A stretch of DNA of 64,000 nucleotides from Octopus sinensis (lineage: Eukaryota). The position numbers and the translations under genes were made by a program. The notes below the pieces were generated by a model. It ran no database searches. It had not been told where the DNA came from and saw nothing but the letters and a program-made list of their open reading frames with translations. The stretch lies in the NCBI RefSeq assembly GCF_006345805.1, contig NC_043002.1:59892001-59956000 (forward strand). The letters run 5' to 3'. Numbering within the stretch: position 1 is the first letter of the stretch; each line of letters starts with the position of its first letter. Positions 63,109 to 64,000 of the stretch are shown here, piece by piece.

Positions 63109-63319
63109 TATAGATATGCTTGTGTGTTTGACACTAGGTGTCTGATCGTGACTGTTCTGATTTGTGTGTTTGTTATGAATTTATGCTTCTCCAGCGTTAC
63201 CAGACATTGAAAAATCATCATATACTTTAGCTCTCACTCCAAACTACAGATACGTGTACACATACACACGTTGTAACAATATGCAAAATTAAACATTTCC
63301 CTCTTATAATGTCTAATTC

Positions 63320-63323
63320 TTTG

Positions 63324-63367
<44 letters not shown>

Positions 63368-63368
63368 T

Positions 63369-63415
<47 letters not shown>

Positions 63416-63425
63416 CCGTCTCTCC

Positions 63426-63509
<84 letters not shown>

Positions 63510-63622
63510 GCATATACATAGATAGATACATATATATATATAATATATATATACATATTTATATATATGTATATAAATATATATATATATACATATAATA
63601 TATATATATATACATATTTATA

Positions 63623-63653
<31 letters not shown>

Positions 63654-63657
63654 TTAT

Positions 63658-63747
<90 letters not shown>

Positions 63748-63795
63748 ATATATATAAATATATACATATATATATATATAAATATATATATATAA

Positions 63796-63827
<32 letters not shown>

Positions 63828-63960
63828 TTCAAATTCTTTGCTATATATATATATATATATACATTGATGTGTGTGTTCAGGTCTTTTAGAGATATGTGTG
63901 TGCCTGTGTGCGTGCGTGTATGCGTGTGTGTGTCTATGTGTGTGTGTGTGTGTGTATCTA
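63320..63960. repeat. Compound (TCTA)n/(TC)n/(TA)n/(TG)n microsatellite (similar TA-rich tracts at ~520-1100, 1520-1790, 25720-25920, 30400-30795, 42780-43340)
   Basis: Direct inspection. Confidence 0.95.
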
Positions 63961-64000
63961 TCACTCTGTAAATGCATACGCAGACGAAATATAAATACAG

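Noticed and set aside
1-64000. CRISPR arrays, rRNA, telomeric arrays, prokaryotic operons
   Set aside because: No repeat-spacer periodicity, rRNA-like sequence, (TTAGGG)n or dense gene packing seen.

Overview
AT-rich, microsatellite-saturated animal genomic DNA. It is most likely octopus (cephalopod); this is inferred from the SINE families and composition, not from a search. No complete host gene is visible, only three weak-to-moderate splice-bounded exon candidates on the + strand. The window is dominated by mobile DNA: (i) a 5'-truncated Penelope-like element (RT plus C-terminal GIY-YIG) whose five frameshifts all look like single-base losses in short homopolymer runs; (ii) a near-intact 4 kb R4/Dong-clade LINE plus four other Dong-type fragments, all sitting in (TAA)n tracts; (iii) many copies of three tRNA-type SINE families, several Tc1/mariner relics and a non-autonomous Helitron; (iv) about 18 hammerhead-ribozyme-like motifs from at least 8 unrelated sequence families, mostly in short pseudo-LTR-like fragments abutting (TA)n and often in head-to-head inverted pairs. 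The most interesting signal is a recurrent non-coding element that joins a tRNA-Arg-like Pol III head to a hammerhead-bearing tail, with two loci inverted at the same CCCG/CGGG junction. One fully canonical hammerhead lies at 26037-26143 (-). All long poly-Y/I/D/M/K ORFs in the track are microsatellite artefacts. All alignments and folds were done by eye; element boundaries are approximate unless stated to the base.
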